DNA from: a virus
DNA: 64,000 nucleotides
IMG/VR virus record: IMGVR_UViG_3300016476_001289
Reading direction: 5' to 3' (one strand)
Shown here: positions 53,350 through 63,274 of the stretch, piece by piece
How the letters are laid out: the number at the start of each line of letters is the position of its first letter
Position numbering within the stretch: position 1 is the first letter of the stretch
Notes under the pieces: generated by a model
Databases searched by the model: none
What the model saw: only the letters and a program-made list of their open reading frames with translations
What the model was told of the DNA's origin: nothing
Program-made: the position numbers and the translations under genes

Positions 53350-53928
53350 ATGTTCGACTTCAAAAAACTTAAAGACAACCCAGAACTCGTCTACCATGTA
53401 GAACCCCACCTCAAAAAAGATAAAGACTTTATCCTTAAATGTGTCTCTGTTAATGGTAACTGTATCAACTGGGCAGACCCTTCCCTCCACCAAGATACCC
53501 AAATTGTACATACGGCTATTACTAATAGCCCACTCGCTTATGCCTTTATTGATAATACATCTATAAGAGATGATAGAGAACTTGCTAAAATAGCTCTCCT
53601 CAATAATGGTCTCGCTTTACAATTCCTATCTGAGAAATTAAAAGATGATGAACATCTAGTAGAGATCGCTATGGCTCAAAACCCCTTAGCTTTTATATAT
53701 GCTAGTAATAGAATTAAACACTTCCACCTTGTATCACTCGATAAAACTAAATTACATATCCACATAGACACTGAAGGCTTTGCCTCTTTCTTTATCCCTA
53801 AAGATATGTCTAAAGAACAATTAAAAGTTTTTAAGGTTCTCCACCTTATTAAAGAACCTAGTTGGTTTCTCTCTCTTGTATTATGGATCGAACTCTTATT
53901 TAAAAGACTCTTAAATAAATGGATGTAA
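53350..53928 (+). CDS. DUF4116 repeats fused to a family C domain
   Basis: LALQFLSEKLKDDEHLVEIA plus PKDM...EPSWFLSLVLWIE. Confidence 0.65.
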   Translation: MFDFKKLKDNPELVYHVEPHLKKDKDFILKCVSVNGNCINWADPSLHQDTQIVHTAITNSPLAYAFIDNTSIRDDRELAKIALLNNGLALQFLSEKLKDDEHLVEIAMAQNPLAFIYASNRIKHFHLVSLDKTKLHIHIDTEGFASFFIPKDMSKEQLKVFKVLHLIKEPSWFLSLVLWIELLFKRLLNKWM

Positions 53929-53929
53929 T

Positions 53930-54169
53930 ATGGAAGAAAGTGTTAAGTTCCTACTCACAGATTTAAACAACCCTCCCCACTCTATTATATATAATCACGG
54001 AAGACCACATATCATTATTGAAAATGAAAATGTTATTGACACATGGTCTCTTACTAACCACTCAGGTGAATATTCCTACTATATAGATGAAGAACTATAT
54101 ACCTATAAACTACACAGAGAAATTAAATCTTCACCCATTGATAAAATCAATCTCAAAATTAAACCTTAA
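53930..54169 (+). CDS. hypothetical protein
   Basis: 79-aa ORF. Confidence 0.45.
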   Translation: MEESVKFLLTDLNNPPHSIIYNHGRPHIIIENENVIDTWSLTNHSGEYSYYIDEELYTYKLHREIKSSPIDKINLKIKP

Positions 54170-55472
54170 ATTCTATACTCGACCACACATTCACTATACT
54201 AAATACCTTATCTAATATCCACCTTAACCTATTAGCAGGAAATGGCACTCTTAATTTATCCTGATCTAAATCTTCTATCCTATTTAACCCTGTGTTATTA
54301 TATATCACCCTTAATGGTGCTTGTAGTCCATATTTAATTATCTCATCTTCCACCTCTTCACTTAACTTATATAAAGCTAACACTAAACCCTCTCTTATCA
54401 CACCACCCTGTATAGCACTTACTAAAGTCTGTATAGATTTCTCCACCTGCACTCTTTTATTTCTAGCTTCTACTTCTGTATAACCACCTACCTTCACTCT
54501 TAATAAACTCCCACTTAATGCACTTATCCTCTCTTTTAATCCTTCTCTCATAAAATATAAATCACTTGTATAGGATTCAGCTTGGTGGTTTAATTGATCT
54601 ATTCTCTTAGATGTCAATTCCACCTTATCTTCATATTGCTCAAATATAACTTCATTATGTTTTATCTTTATCTCATAAGCAGAGCCATACCAATCTAAAT
54701 CAAATTCTTTTTTAAATTCATTTTGTACTTCGCCACCTACAAAAGATTCTAAATCCTTTAACCACTCACCTACCCAATTTACTTTAGGTGTTTCTAAAGC
54801 ATAAGCATCTATAACACCTTTATTTCTATTTAAGGTGATCATATCTAAAACAGCCTTAGAGAAATAAGGGGCGACTACTACAATAGGTCTCCCTTCTATT
54901 TTATTTTCTAAAGCAGGGATTATCTCTTCTACCTTATTTACAGGTCTATTATACATAACTACCATAGGACCTTTAAGTGATATTTCTTTCTCATATTTAT
55001 GAGAACACTTAGCTATAAATCCTTCACTATGTATAACTTCTATATCTACTTTATCACCTACTTCTACTGAGATATGTATATCTGTTCCATTAGATAATAA
55101 AGCTTCATATATAAGAGTAGGTAAATCAGGTGCTATCTTTTCTAAATCTTCTCTTGTAGGTTTCTCTATTCCTTTATCACTTAAAACAGGTTTAGATAAG
55201 GGATAAGGTCTATTTAGTTTATTTAATCCTATGAGTAAACTTGTTAAGATAAACACAGCTGTTTTACAGCCATCACCTTCACCACATACTTCATATAAGA
55301 ATCCTCTTACATATTTATTAGTCTTCCAAGCTAGTAAAGTAGTTTTAGCTGAAGGGTTTATCAATAATGCTTTATTTCTGTATAGCATTATATTCTTATT
55401 ATTAGATAAATGACTACTTGCCAATAAGGTGGTTATCTCTTTTAAGTCTTCTAAGTAAATTATCATATTCAA
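54159..55472 (-). CDS. degenerate GroEL/Cpn60-like protein
   Basis: GEGDGCKTA (for AGDGTTTA), ERISALSGSLLRVKVGGYTEVE...AIQGGV, LQAPLRVIYNNTG. Confidence 0.75.
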   Translation of the reverse strand: MNMIIYLEDLKEITTLLASSHLSNNKNIMLYRNKALLINPSAKTTLLAWKTNKYVRGFLYEVCGEGDGCKTAVFILTSLLIGLNKLNRPYPLSKPVLSDKGIEKPTREDLEKIAPDLPTLIYEALLSNGTDIHISVEVGDKVDIEVIHSEGFIAKCSHKYEKEISLKGPMVVMYNRPVNKVEEIIPALENKIEGRPIVVVAPYFSKAVLDMITLNRNKGVIDAYALETPKVNWVGEWLKDLESFVGGEVQNEFKKEFDLDWYGSAYEIKIKHNEVIFEQYEDKVELTSKRIDQLNHQAESYTSDLYFMREGLKERISALSGSLLRVKVGGYTEVEARNKRVQVEKSIQTLVSAIQGGVIREGLVLALYKLSEEVEDEIIKYGLQAPLRVIYNNTGLNRIEDLDQDKLRVPFPANRLRWILDKVFSIVNVWSSIEFKV

Positions 55473-55520
55473 ATCTCCTTAAGTCTATCATACCATAATA
55501 ACAGATAAACCCTAGTGTCA

Positions 55521-55592
55521 ATATTTCTACATTTTAAGGGCTAGATTTCTTGCTCCCTGCACAAAAAAAACCCAACCTAGCAAAAAGCTAGG
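55521..55592 (-). terminator. cassette end: terminator and M1 variants
   Basis: cctagcaaaaagctagg hairpin, A8, ctagatttcttgc, atttctaca. Confidence 0.7.
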
Positions 55593-55892
55593 TTATTTAT
55601 CATCAGCAAAGTTATGTGTAGTAGATATTTGTAAATATCTAGGATGATAGAACCAAGCTAAATCTCTATTCATAGGATTATCATAAATCTGAAAGAAATA
55701 ATGAAATTTCTCACCTTGATATTCAATCTCAAAGCTACCTTTATTAAGGTTGAAATTTTGACATGATAGCTTGTATCCAATCAAAAGAGTGGTTCTGTCT
55801 TGTGGTAATTCTAAAAGGATAATATCCTTTTTTAATTTTGCTTTTTGGGTTTTATTCATTGAGGGGCAGTTGATTTTAATACTCATAGTCAT
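55593..55892 (-). CDS. hypothetical cassette protein
   Basis: SD aaagga; single gene between a promoter arm and a terminator. Confidence 0.6.
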   Translation of the reverse strand: MTMSIKINCPSMNKTQKAKLKKDIILLELPQDRTTLLIGYKLSCQNFNLNKGSFEIEYQGEKFHYFFQIYDNPMNRDLAWFYHPRYLQISTTHNFADDK

Positions 55893-56372
55893 AGCTTTTT
55901 CCTTTCATTTATTGTTAATTGCTATACTTAATATATGTTTTAGATATTGATTTTAGTATAGGTGAAAAAGCTTAGGTATTTCAATCACTTATGAGATTAA
56001 AAAACTAGGATAAAATGTAGAAATCTAAGCACTATTAGGCTAATATGTAGAAATCTAGGTGAAAGGGTAAAAAGGGTCCGCATACAAAATTTTAGGTTTG
56101 TTTTGGCAATTTTGGCTTCACCTAGATTTCTACATATAACCTTATCCTGAGTTGCTAGGAAAAAGGTCAAAAATAGGTAAAAAGGGTCCGCATACTTTTT
56201 TTGGCTTCACCTAGATTTCTACATATTATCCACACCCTAGATTTCTACATTTTATCCTAATGGGTGAATTCCCTAAGTATCTAAAACCCTTAAATTTTCT
56301 TATTTTAGTGAAAAAAACCCTTAAAAACATAGAATAAGTATAGCAAATAACAATAAATGAAAGGATTTAGCT
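55893..56372. promoter_or_regulatory. divergent M1/M2/IHF-box element
   Basis: M1 at 56015 and 56045; M2 at 56074 and 56184; inverted M1 at 56123, 56212 and 56238. Confidence 0.85.
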
Positions 56373-56621
56373 ATGAATTTTCAAGACTTGATTAAAGAAC
56401 TTGCGTTATTAGGATATTTTGAACTTGATTTATCTCTTAAAGATAATATGATTCACTTCAATAATAATGATGAATTATTTATCAATGATGAATTATCTCT
56501 ATATGAAGTTAATCATGAAGGTAGAAGATTTGAATTATGTATAGTCGAATCTGTGGATGATGTGATTTTCTATATTGAAGAAAATCAATTTACCCCTGAT
56601 TCTTCCGACTGCCCAAATTAA
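56373..56621 (+). CDS. acidic cassette protein, paralog of 63589..63831
   Basis: MNF..L.KEL.LLG.FE...LC..ESVDDV..Y.E. Confidence 0.7.
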   Translation: MNFQDLIKELALLGYFELDLSLKDNMIHFNNNDELFINDELSLYEVNHEGRRFELCIVESVDDVIFYIEENQFTPDSSDCPN

Positions 56622-56881
56622 ATCCTAGCTTTTTGCTAGGTTGGGTTTTTTTTTGTGATTGAAGCAAGAAATCTAGTCTTTATTTTGTAGAAATCTAGGT
56701 GAAGTGGGTGATGTTAAGAAAAAGTATGCGGACCCCTATGGTATTCCACCCTAGATTTCTACAAAATATCCAAATCCCCAAATCCCATAAGTGATTGAAA
56801 TATCTAAGCTTTTTCACCTATGTTAAAACCATCACTTAAAACATATATTAAGTATAGCAATAACAAAACAAAGGATAAAAA
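56622..56881. promoter_or_regulatory. terminator, M1/M2 junction and rightward promoter arm
   Basis: cctagctttttgctagg plus T-run; M1 at 56686; inverted M2 at 56724; inverted M1 at 56751; IHF-like box at 56788; AAAACATA at 56838. Confidence 0.85.
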
Positions 56882-57424
56882 ATGATTGACTTCACTAAAT
56901 ACAATTTTTCAAAATTCTATGATCTTGTAGTAGGAAAAAATAAAGCTAAGAGGGTAGAAAAGAAAAAGAAATTCATTGAGACTTATGGTGGTAATGAAGA
57001 AGTTATACGAACCCTTATTCAAAAAGTAGGTATCTATGAAGTATACAAGTATATTGCGCCTCATAATCCTATATTCAAAGATTATGAGCTTGTGAAAAAG
57101 TGTTTAAAGAAAGAGGTACTCTTTTTCAAGAAAATTCCAGTGAAATATAGAACTGAAGAACTTGTGTTGATATTCATGAAGTATGAGATGAAATATGACA
57201 TGAATTACAAGGGAATTGAAAAATCAATCAATAGTAAATTTCAATATCTCCTTGAGTCTAAATGGTGGAAAAAATATGTTGAAGAAAATATCAAGCTTCA
57301 ACAAAAAGAAAAAGATATGAAAATTTGGTGGCGAGAGAATAGTAAAAAGTATTCATCGGAAGATAGTGCAATTACAGCACTTGAAAGAAAATTTGGGAAG
57401 ATGAAAGACTACTTTGAGATTTAG
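56882..57424 (+). CDS. basic hypothetical cassette protein
   Basis: 180 aa, SD aaagga. Confidence 0.6.
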   Translation: MIDFTKYNFSKFYDLVVGKNKAKRVEKKKKFIETYGGNEEVIRTLIQKVGIYEVYKYIAPHNPIFKDYELVKKCLKKEVLFFKKIPVKYRTEELVLIFMKYEMKYDMNYKGIEKSINSKFQYLLESKWWKKYVEENIKLQQKEKDMKIWWRENSKKYSSEDSAITALERKFGKMKDYFEI

Positions 57425-57431
57425 GTTGGGC

Positions 57432-57535
57432 GTTGCCTTTACGGCAACAAAGATTTTTTTTGTGTAGGAAGCAAGAAGTCTATGGGTGGGCTAGGCAAGT
57501 AGAAATCTAGCCCTTATTTTGTAGAAATCTAGGGT
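57432..57535 (+). terminator. cassette end: terminator and M1 pair
   Basis: gttgcctttacggcaac hairpin, T-run, gtagaaatctag at 57499 and 57521. Confidence 0.7.
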
Positions 57536-57765
57536 GAATATCCTATATAGACATTATTTGTATTTAACCAAGTTGGTTTAGGTAGTGTTCTAGCTGTGTA
57601 TAAAGCAACTGATTGTCTTATGTTAAGAGGACTGATATAGAAACCTAATCCTTTAATTTCTTTTTTAGGGTGGGCAGGTGAAAAAGTAGATGAGAATAAA
57701 CCTATATTTTGAACTGAGTGAAAAATATTATTCCCATGACAATAAAAGAAAGGTGGGTTATTCAT
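57529..57765 (-). CDS. family B small protein
   Basis: RQSVALYTARTLPKPTWLNTNNVYIG. Confidence 0.7.
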   Translation of the reverse strand: MNNPPFFYCHGNNIFHSVQNIGLFSSTFSPAHPKKEIKGLGFYISPLNIRQSVALYTARTLPKPTWLNTNNVYIGYSP

Positions 57766-57766
57766 A

Positions 57767-57997
57767 TTATCTTCCTATATAGACATTATCTGTGTTTTGC
57801 CAATTTGATTTAACTAAAGACCTTACACTATATAAGGCTATTGATCTTCTCATAGCTATGTTATCCATAGGTATATAATACCCCATACCTTTTATTTCAC
57901 CTCTACTTAAATGACCTGCTGAGGTAGATGAGAAGAAATTGGTGAACTGTATAGCTTGAAAGATATTATTAGCATTACAATTAAAAAAGAAGATCAT
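57767..57997 (-). CDS. family B small protein
   Basis: RRSIALYSVRSLVKSNWQNTDNVYIG. Confidence 0.7.
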   Translation of the reverse strand: MIFFFNCNANNIFQAIQFTNFFSSTSAGHLSRGEIKGMGYYIPMDNIAMRRSIALYSVRSLVKSNWQNTDNVYIGR

Positions 57998-58248
57998 TTA
58001 TCTTCTCTTCCTATATAGACATCATTAGAATTTTGCCAATTAGCTTTAGGTAAAGACCTGATACAAAACATAGCAACTGACCTTCTAAGGTTTTCTATAT
58101 TGTTCTCATATATAAGGACACCTTTACCTTTTATTCTATTATCTTTATGTTGCATGGTATGGGTAGAGAAGATACTTGTATATTGTTTAGCATGAAATAT
58201 ATCATTATTCTCATAATAGACAGAGAAGATAGCTTTATCATAGAACAT
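57994..58248 (-). CDS. family B small protein
   Basis: RRSVAMFCIRSLPKANWQNSNDVYIG. Confidence 0.7.
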   Translation of the reverse strand: MFYDKAIFSVYYENNDIFHAKQYTSIFSTHTMQHKDNRIKGKGVLIYENNIENLRRSVAMFCIRSLPKANWQNSNDVYIGREDK

Positions 58249-58253
58249 AGGTT

Positions 58254-58499
58254 TTATTCTCTTCCTATATAGACATCATTAGAGTTTATCCAATTAGCTT
58301 TAGGTAAAGACCTAACACTAAATAAAACTATTGACCGTCTTATATTTTCTAAAGGTTCTTTATACATAAAGATGCCACCTAAATAAGTTTGATATTTAGG
58401 TTTAGAAGTATAATTTAAAGATAAAAAGCAAGTTTCTTGTTGTGCTTTAAAGATATTATTATTAGAACAGAAAAAGAAAGCTATCGGTTGAATATCCAT
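58254..58499 (-). CDS. family B small protein
   Basis: RRSIVLFSVRSLPKANWINSNDVYIG. Confidence 0.7.
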   Translation of the reverse strand: MDIQPIAFFFCSNNNIFKAQQETCFLSLNYTSKPKYQTYLGGIFMYKEPLENIRRSIVLFSVRSLPKANWINSNDVYIGRE

Positions 58500-58501
58500 A
58501 G

Positions 58502-58741
58502 TTAATTCTCTCTTCCTAAGAAGACATTATTAGTATTCATCCAAGTATGAATAGGTAAAGACCTGATACTATAAACCACTATACTCTTTCTTAAAATATC
58601 TTGATCCACAAAAATAGCACTACTTTTTGATCTATTATTTGTTCTTAAAGAGTATTCAGAAGATAAAACACAAGTTTTTACTTTCCCATGAAAAAGATCA
58701 TTAGAATCACAAAGTAAAAAAAAGAAGGTGTAGTTATTCAT
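58502..58741 (-). CDS. family B small protein
   Basis: RKSIVVYSIRSLPIHTWMNTNNVFLG. Confidence 0.7.
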   Translation of the reverse strand: MNNYTFFFLLCDSNDLFHGKVKTCVLSSEYSLRTNNRSKSSAIFVDQDILRKSIVVYSIRSLPIHTWMNTNNVFLGREN

Positions 58742-58744
58742 TTT

Positions 58745-58951
58745 CTATTCCTTATAAAAGACATCACAATTATTTACCCATGTGTGTTTAGGTAATGACC
58801 TAACACTAAATAATACTATACTCCGTCTCATAGATTCTTTACTTAAGGGTATCCCATGATTTATGGAACTATTACTTGATAGAAAACAACTATGTCTTAT
58901 AAAGACACTATGGTAGATGTCATTCCCTATAAAGAAAAAGTATCCTATCAT
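58745..58951 (-). CDS. family B small protein
   Basis: RRSIVLFSVRSLPKHTWVNNCDVF. Confidence 0.7.
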   Translation of the reverse strand: MIGYFFFIGNDIYHSVFIRHSCFLSSNSSINHGIPLSKESMRRSIVLFSVRSLPKHTWVNNCDVFYKE

Positions 58952-60480
58952 TCTTTTAAAAACCCATGTTCATAAACACCAGGTCTTAACTTATCTCCTA
59001 GTGCCTTATGTAAATCCTTTAACACCTTAAAGTCGTCCTTATACTCAATTTCCCAAAACCCCTTTAACTGATACCACCCACAATCCCAACAAGTTAATTG
59101 TAATTCAGGATTTGCCAAAGCATAGGCTTCTCTTGTATCTAAGGACTTAACCCATAAGTTAGTAGCATGGACTAATAAATCCTCAGCTTCTTTACTAAGT
59201 GTAAGTTCCCCAATTAAGGTCGCCACATAAGACTCTTCATAATGTTTTTCAAAATCTTCATACAATAAAGGACACTTCTCTTTTAATAAGCCTTTAATGC
59301 CATATCTCTCTAACCAAAAGAAATGATTTTTAATTTGCCAAATTTCGCCACCCCAAGAGACATCTCTCATACTTGTACAATTATTCTTTGTCTCAAAGAT
59401 ACTATATATATGACAATCATCTACCCACTGTTCATAACCTTCTTTTAATTCAGAAGGTTGTATATAAGTCCCATTCTCATCTAACCACTTTTGTGTAAAA
59501 GGAATTATAGGGTGATCTATATATGGGATTTCTTTAGGTGGGGCTTTCTTAATAGGTCCTGTCTTTTCTCTTTCTTTAATCTTTAAGCCACTTGTCATAA
59601 TAGGGTATTCATAAACCTCCATGCCTTCAATAGGTTCTCTCACCCATTCACTAGCTGACTTATGGTTATCGCAGTTATAAATTTGTTTCCACCCTACATG
59701 ACTAGCATCTAGTTCTCTAATAGAGAGAATAGGTTCTTCAGTATTTTCACCTTCAGACCATATAGTAAAGCCTACACCCCATTCAGAAGAAACACCTGAG
59801 AAAGCACTAGCATTAAAGAAGAATCCTTGTTGGAATTTAAAATCTCTATAATACCATTTACGGAATTTTTGAGCTGTCTCTTGGATCATGAATTTAATAG
59901 GTGAGAATAGACAGATAGAAACTTTAGTATAACCGAAGTTCCTAGCTTGTCTTACGGCTTCAAAGATAAATTGAAAGTATAAATTAGAGCGACAAGCACC
60001 TACCATAGACATAAGGTTCTTCACCTTAGTCTCAGACACACCTTCTTTATTTTCTTCATCGTCAGCTAAAGTACCTGCTGCGGCATAAGGAGGGTTCATA
60101 AAGAATACAAGTCTCTTATCTGTATTCTTAGATAAGAGATTAAAGGCATATTCCGATAAAGGATTCTCATAAGAGAATAGGTCTAGGTCAGGGTTAAGGA
60201 AGTCATATTTAAAAGCATTGGTATAACCTTGTTTAACGAGTAGGTCTACTTCAGGTTGTTCGAGTGTAGAGATAATGAGATTTTTAAAATCATATTCTCT
60301 TGTTAAGTTACCTGACCCTGCACAACAATCCCATACGACACATTCATCTTTCCAGTTTTCACCTAAGACTTTGGTGGTGAGTTTATGTGCTTCATCTACC
60401 CATAATTTAGGGGTGAAGAAAGCACCTTGTCTAGTTCTAATTTCATTTACTATGGTTTGATCATAATTTTCAATCTTCAT
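58948..60480 (-). CDS. N6-adenine DNA methyltransferase (gamma-class motif order)
   Basis: GAFFTP (X), VWDCCAGSGNL (I), FMNPPY (IV). Confidence 0.8.
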   Translation of the reverse strand: MKIENYDQTIVNEIRTRQGAFFTPKLWVDEAHKLTTKVLGENWKDECVVWDCCAGSGNLTREYDFKNLIISTLEQPEVDLLVKQGYTNAFKYDFLNPDLDLFSYENPLSEYAFNLLSKNTDKRLVFFMNPPYAAAGTLADDEENKEGVSETKVKNLMSMVGACRSNLYFQFIFEAVRQARNFGYTKVSICLFSPIKFMIQETAQKFRKWYYRDFKFQQGFFFNASAFSGVSSEWGVGFTIWSEGENTEEPILSIRELDASHVGWKQIYNCDNHKSASEWVREPIEGMEVYEYPIMTSGLKIKEREKTGPIKKAPPKEIPYIDHPIIPFTQKWLDENGTYIQPSELKEGYEQWVDDCHIYSIFETKNNCTSMRDVSWGGEIWQIKNHFFWLERYGIKGLLKEKCPLLYEDFEKHYEESYVATLIGELTLSKEAEDLLVHATNLWVKSLDTREAYALANPELQLTCWDCGWYQLKGFWEIEYKDDFKVLKDLHKALGDKLRPGVYEHGFLKE

Positions 60481-60735
60481 AAAGTTCCTTTTCTCTTATA
60501 TAGAAGAATATCTATAATGTTCTTCTATTATATTATACATAATACTTATATATCTTTATAATTACTTAGTACTGAGTATTAGAATATAGTCTTATAAGTA
60601 GATTCCACCTATATCTATTCTCACCTATATATTATTCACCTATATATCTTATATAAAATATTTTTAGAAACCCTATATGTGTTGGATAATATAAAATATC
60701 ATTTATGACCTTTATAACTTTTGGAGTAAAAGATA

Positions 60736-60936
60736 ATGTACGATTCTTTATCTGAGAATAGATTATATTTCCATGATCTCACCGAAGATACTTATGTTCA
60801 AGTATCAAGAGATTTTTTTGATGTTGTCCGTCTTCACTATATACAAAAAGAAGATATTGTTAAAACCCAAACATATAAGTATGAAGAGTTCTCTGAAGAT
60901 GTATTCAATAAATTTATCTCAGAGATTTGTAGCTAA
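60736..60936 (+). CDS. hypothetical protein
   Basis: 66 aa, SD ggag. Confidence 0.45.
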   Translation: MYDSLSENRLYFHDLTEDTYVQVSRDFFDVVRLHYIQKEDIVKTQTYKYEEFSEDVFNKFISEICS

Positions 60937-61353
60937 ACATATTTGTATATCTATATCATCTAACTTATCTAAGTGTTTTATCATTAAACTTTTTACATCT
61001 TCCCAATTTAAACCACCACGACCACACCCTAATTTAGGAAATGCTATTGAGTCTATTCCTAATCCCTTATAGGTCTTTACAAAATGTTCTAATCCCTTAT
61101 CTATATAAGATAAACTAGATCCTGATTTCCAATGTCTCTTAGTAGGGAAGTTATATACTTCACCATATAGATAAGGTTCACCTATTTTAAACTCTTCTCT
61201 CATACACCTATGATAATAATCTTTATACATATCAGGGTATCTAGTTTTAAATTCTAAGGCTATACCTATTCCCATTACACCTACAATATTAACAGCATTA
61301 ACTAAAACTTTAGCATCTGTTTCAAATACATTTTTATCAGTAAAGAAAAGCAT
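60919..61353 (-). CDS. DarG/Poa1p-like macrodomain protein
   Basis: LVNAVNIVGVMGIGIALEFK, NFPTKRHWK, SIAFPKLGCGRGGLNW. Confidence 0.85.
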   Translation of the reverse strand: MLFFTDKNVFETDAKVLVNAVNIVGVMGIGIALEFKTRYPDMYKDYYHRCMREEFKIGEPYLYGEVYNFPTKRHWKSGSSLSYIDKGLEHFVKTYKGLGIDSIAFPKLGCGRGGLNWEDVKSLMIKHLDKLDDIDIQICLATNL

Positions 61354-61408
61354 AGATTTCTACTTTCGAGAATAAAAAAAACATCACATCAGCTACAAGA
61401 GATTTATC

Positions 61409-61738
61409 TTATAGGATAAATCCCTTGCAACCGATGATATTACCACTAGCATCTCTTAAAGTATCAGGAGCAAGTAAATCTTTACGACCTACTTTCTTAC
61501 CTGCTTCAAGGACGATTAAGCTAACAATATAAAACACATTATCTTGGGGCGCAGGTAAATCAACTATCTCACCTAAGATACTCATTTTTAATGGTATTAA
61601 GATACCATCTAAATCAAGAGTAGGTAAATCGAGATTTGTTTGATTCACACGAGGCAAGATACCACTCTTTTCAAAAGTAGTGGTAGTTCCATTATAGATC
61701 AGGTGAACATCATGGGGTGTTGCATTAATGATTTGCAT
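61409..61738 (-). CDS. N-x-T-P-H family protein (possible ring-nuclease-like)
   Basis: IINATPH...LPAP...YIVS...DLLAPD..RD..G.IIGC; SD aaagga before ATG 61738. Confidence 0.55.
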   Translation of the reverse strand: MQIINATPHDVHLIYNGTTTTFEKSGILPRVNQTNLDLPTLDLDGILIPLKMSILGEIVDLPAPQDNVFYIVSLIVLEAGKKVGRKDLLAPDTLRDASGNIIGCKGFIL

Positions 61739-61751
61739 TTTAAGTCCTTTC

Positions 61752-61946
61752 TTATTTGTTGTTTTTGTTTTTGAGTGAAGCAATTACTTTGTCATCATAA
61801 GCATTAGCAAAGCTATGAATAGATTTAGCTTTAATGCCATAATCTAAAAGATCAAAATCTTTGAAAGATAAAGATCTTTTTGTATTAGTGGTTTTAGGTG
61901 TTCTAAAAATTTTTCCTTTTGGGAAGGTGTTGTAAGTCTTAGACAT
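61752..61946 (-). CDS. small hypothetical protein
   Basis: 64 aa, SD aaagga. Confidence 0.5.
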   Translation of the reverse strand: MSKTYNTFPKGKIFRTPKTTNTKRSLSFKDFDLLDYGIKAKSIHSFANAYDDKVIASLKNKNNK

Positions 61947-62394
61947 TTTTTTCCTTTGTGGTTTTGGTTTTAGGTGTCTTAGGTGCTTTAGCAGTCTTGG
62001 GTGCTTCTTCTACTTTGGGTGCTTCAACTTTAGGTGATACTCTTTTCTCAATCAATCCTAAGAAATAAGCTTGTTTTGAGCTAAGTTCTTTACCTTCTAA
62101 AATTTGAGATTTGAGTGATTTAGCAAATTCAATATCTTTGACTTCAGTAGCATACACTAAAACATTATTAGCCTTAGTTAATAATCCTAATGAATCATCA
62201 CTTAAAGTCTCTACCTTGACTTGAGTCTTAGGTGATACAAGCTTATTCCAGCATTGTAATTGCTTTTCGGATAGCTCTTTACCTTGCTTTTCTACTTGTT
62301 TATGTAGACTCTTGCTAAATTTCTCTTCCCATTCATTAGATGGTTTAAAAGAAGAGAATTGATTGAGAAATTGTGTTTTATTGAAACTTGTCAT
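61939..62394 (-). CDS. paralog of 33557..34057
   Basis: MTSFNKTQFL...identical stretch NNVLVYATEVKDIEFAKSLKSQILEGKELSSKQAYFLGLIEKRVSPKVEAPKVE. Confidence 0.75.
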   Translation of the reverse strand: MTSFNKTQFLNQFSSFKPSNEWEEKFSKSLHKQVEKQGKELSEKQLQCWNKLVSPKTQVKVETLSDDSLGLLTKANNVLVYATEVKDIEFAKSLKSQILEGKELSSKQAYFLGLIEKRVSPKVEAPKVEEAPKTAKAPKTPKTKTTKEKNV

Positions 62395-62949
62395 AGCGTT
62401 TTATCCTTTATGTTATGCTATGTTAAAAGACTTATCAATCATCTATGTTGATAAGTTTAAGAGTTTATCTTTATCTCTTATACTACTTGTATGTTTTAGG
62501 TGATAATTTTAACACAGGTGAAAAAGCTTATATATATCAATAGGTTGTAGAATATGCTCACTTGGATATTATGTAGAAATCTAGGAATTTTAAAAACTAG
62601 GCTATTATGTAGAAATCTAGGTGAAAATAGATAGGGGGTTCGCATACTTTTTTCACCCACCCTAGATTTCTACATATTAATGTGGCATCACCTTAATATG
62701 GGGTCCGCATACTTTCACCCAAATTCTTTTAGATTTCTACATTTTAGGGTATTATCTCGTCACCCTAGATTTCTACATATTATCAAGATACCTAAATCGC
62801 CTAAGTTATTGATATATATAAGCTTTTTCACTTATGTTAAAAATATTACCTAAAACATATATTGAGTATAAGAGATAAAGATAAGCTCTTATGCTTAACA
62901 ACATTGATGATTGTTAAGCTCAACATAGCAAAACAAAGGATTTAAAGCT
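62395..62949. promoter_or_regulatory. divergent M1/M2/IHF-box element
   Basis: Perfect IHF consensus at 62535-62547 and 62802-62814 (rc); M1 at 62571 and 62607; M2 at about 62637 and 62701; inverted M1 at 62663, 62730 and 62766. Confidence 0.85.
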
Positions 62950-63246
62950 ATGAAATTTAGAAAAGATAATTTTGATAATACCTCTTGCGATTTACCTAGA
63001 ATCGAAACACCTAGCAATGAAACAGAGCAAGTCTTAAAAAGCGTTGATTTTGGTGTTTTTAGAACCGACAAAGAAACTCACTACCTTCATAATGGTTTAG
63101 GTTGTCAAGTGATTCATTGTCGATATGGGTATTTAGTAAGAGATTTTATTCAATATACCGGGCAAGTTAAGCGCCCTGCTCTTCATACTATTGAGAAGCT
63201 TCTTGAGGCACTTGATGATGCTAGAACTTGGAAAAATTGGAAGTAA
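62950..63246 (+). CDS. hypothetical cassette protein
   Basis: 98 aa, SD aaagga. Confidence 0.6.
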   Translation: MKFRKDNFDNTSCDLPRIETPSNETEQVLKSVDFGVFRTDKETHYLHNGLGCQVIHCRYGYLVRDFIQYTGQVKRPALHTIEKLLEALDDARTWKNWK

Positions 63247-63274
63247 TAAGCTTCTTATCGTGGATTGAGTTTTG

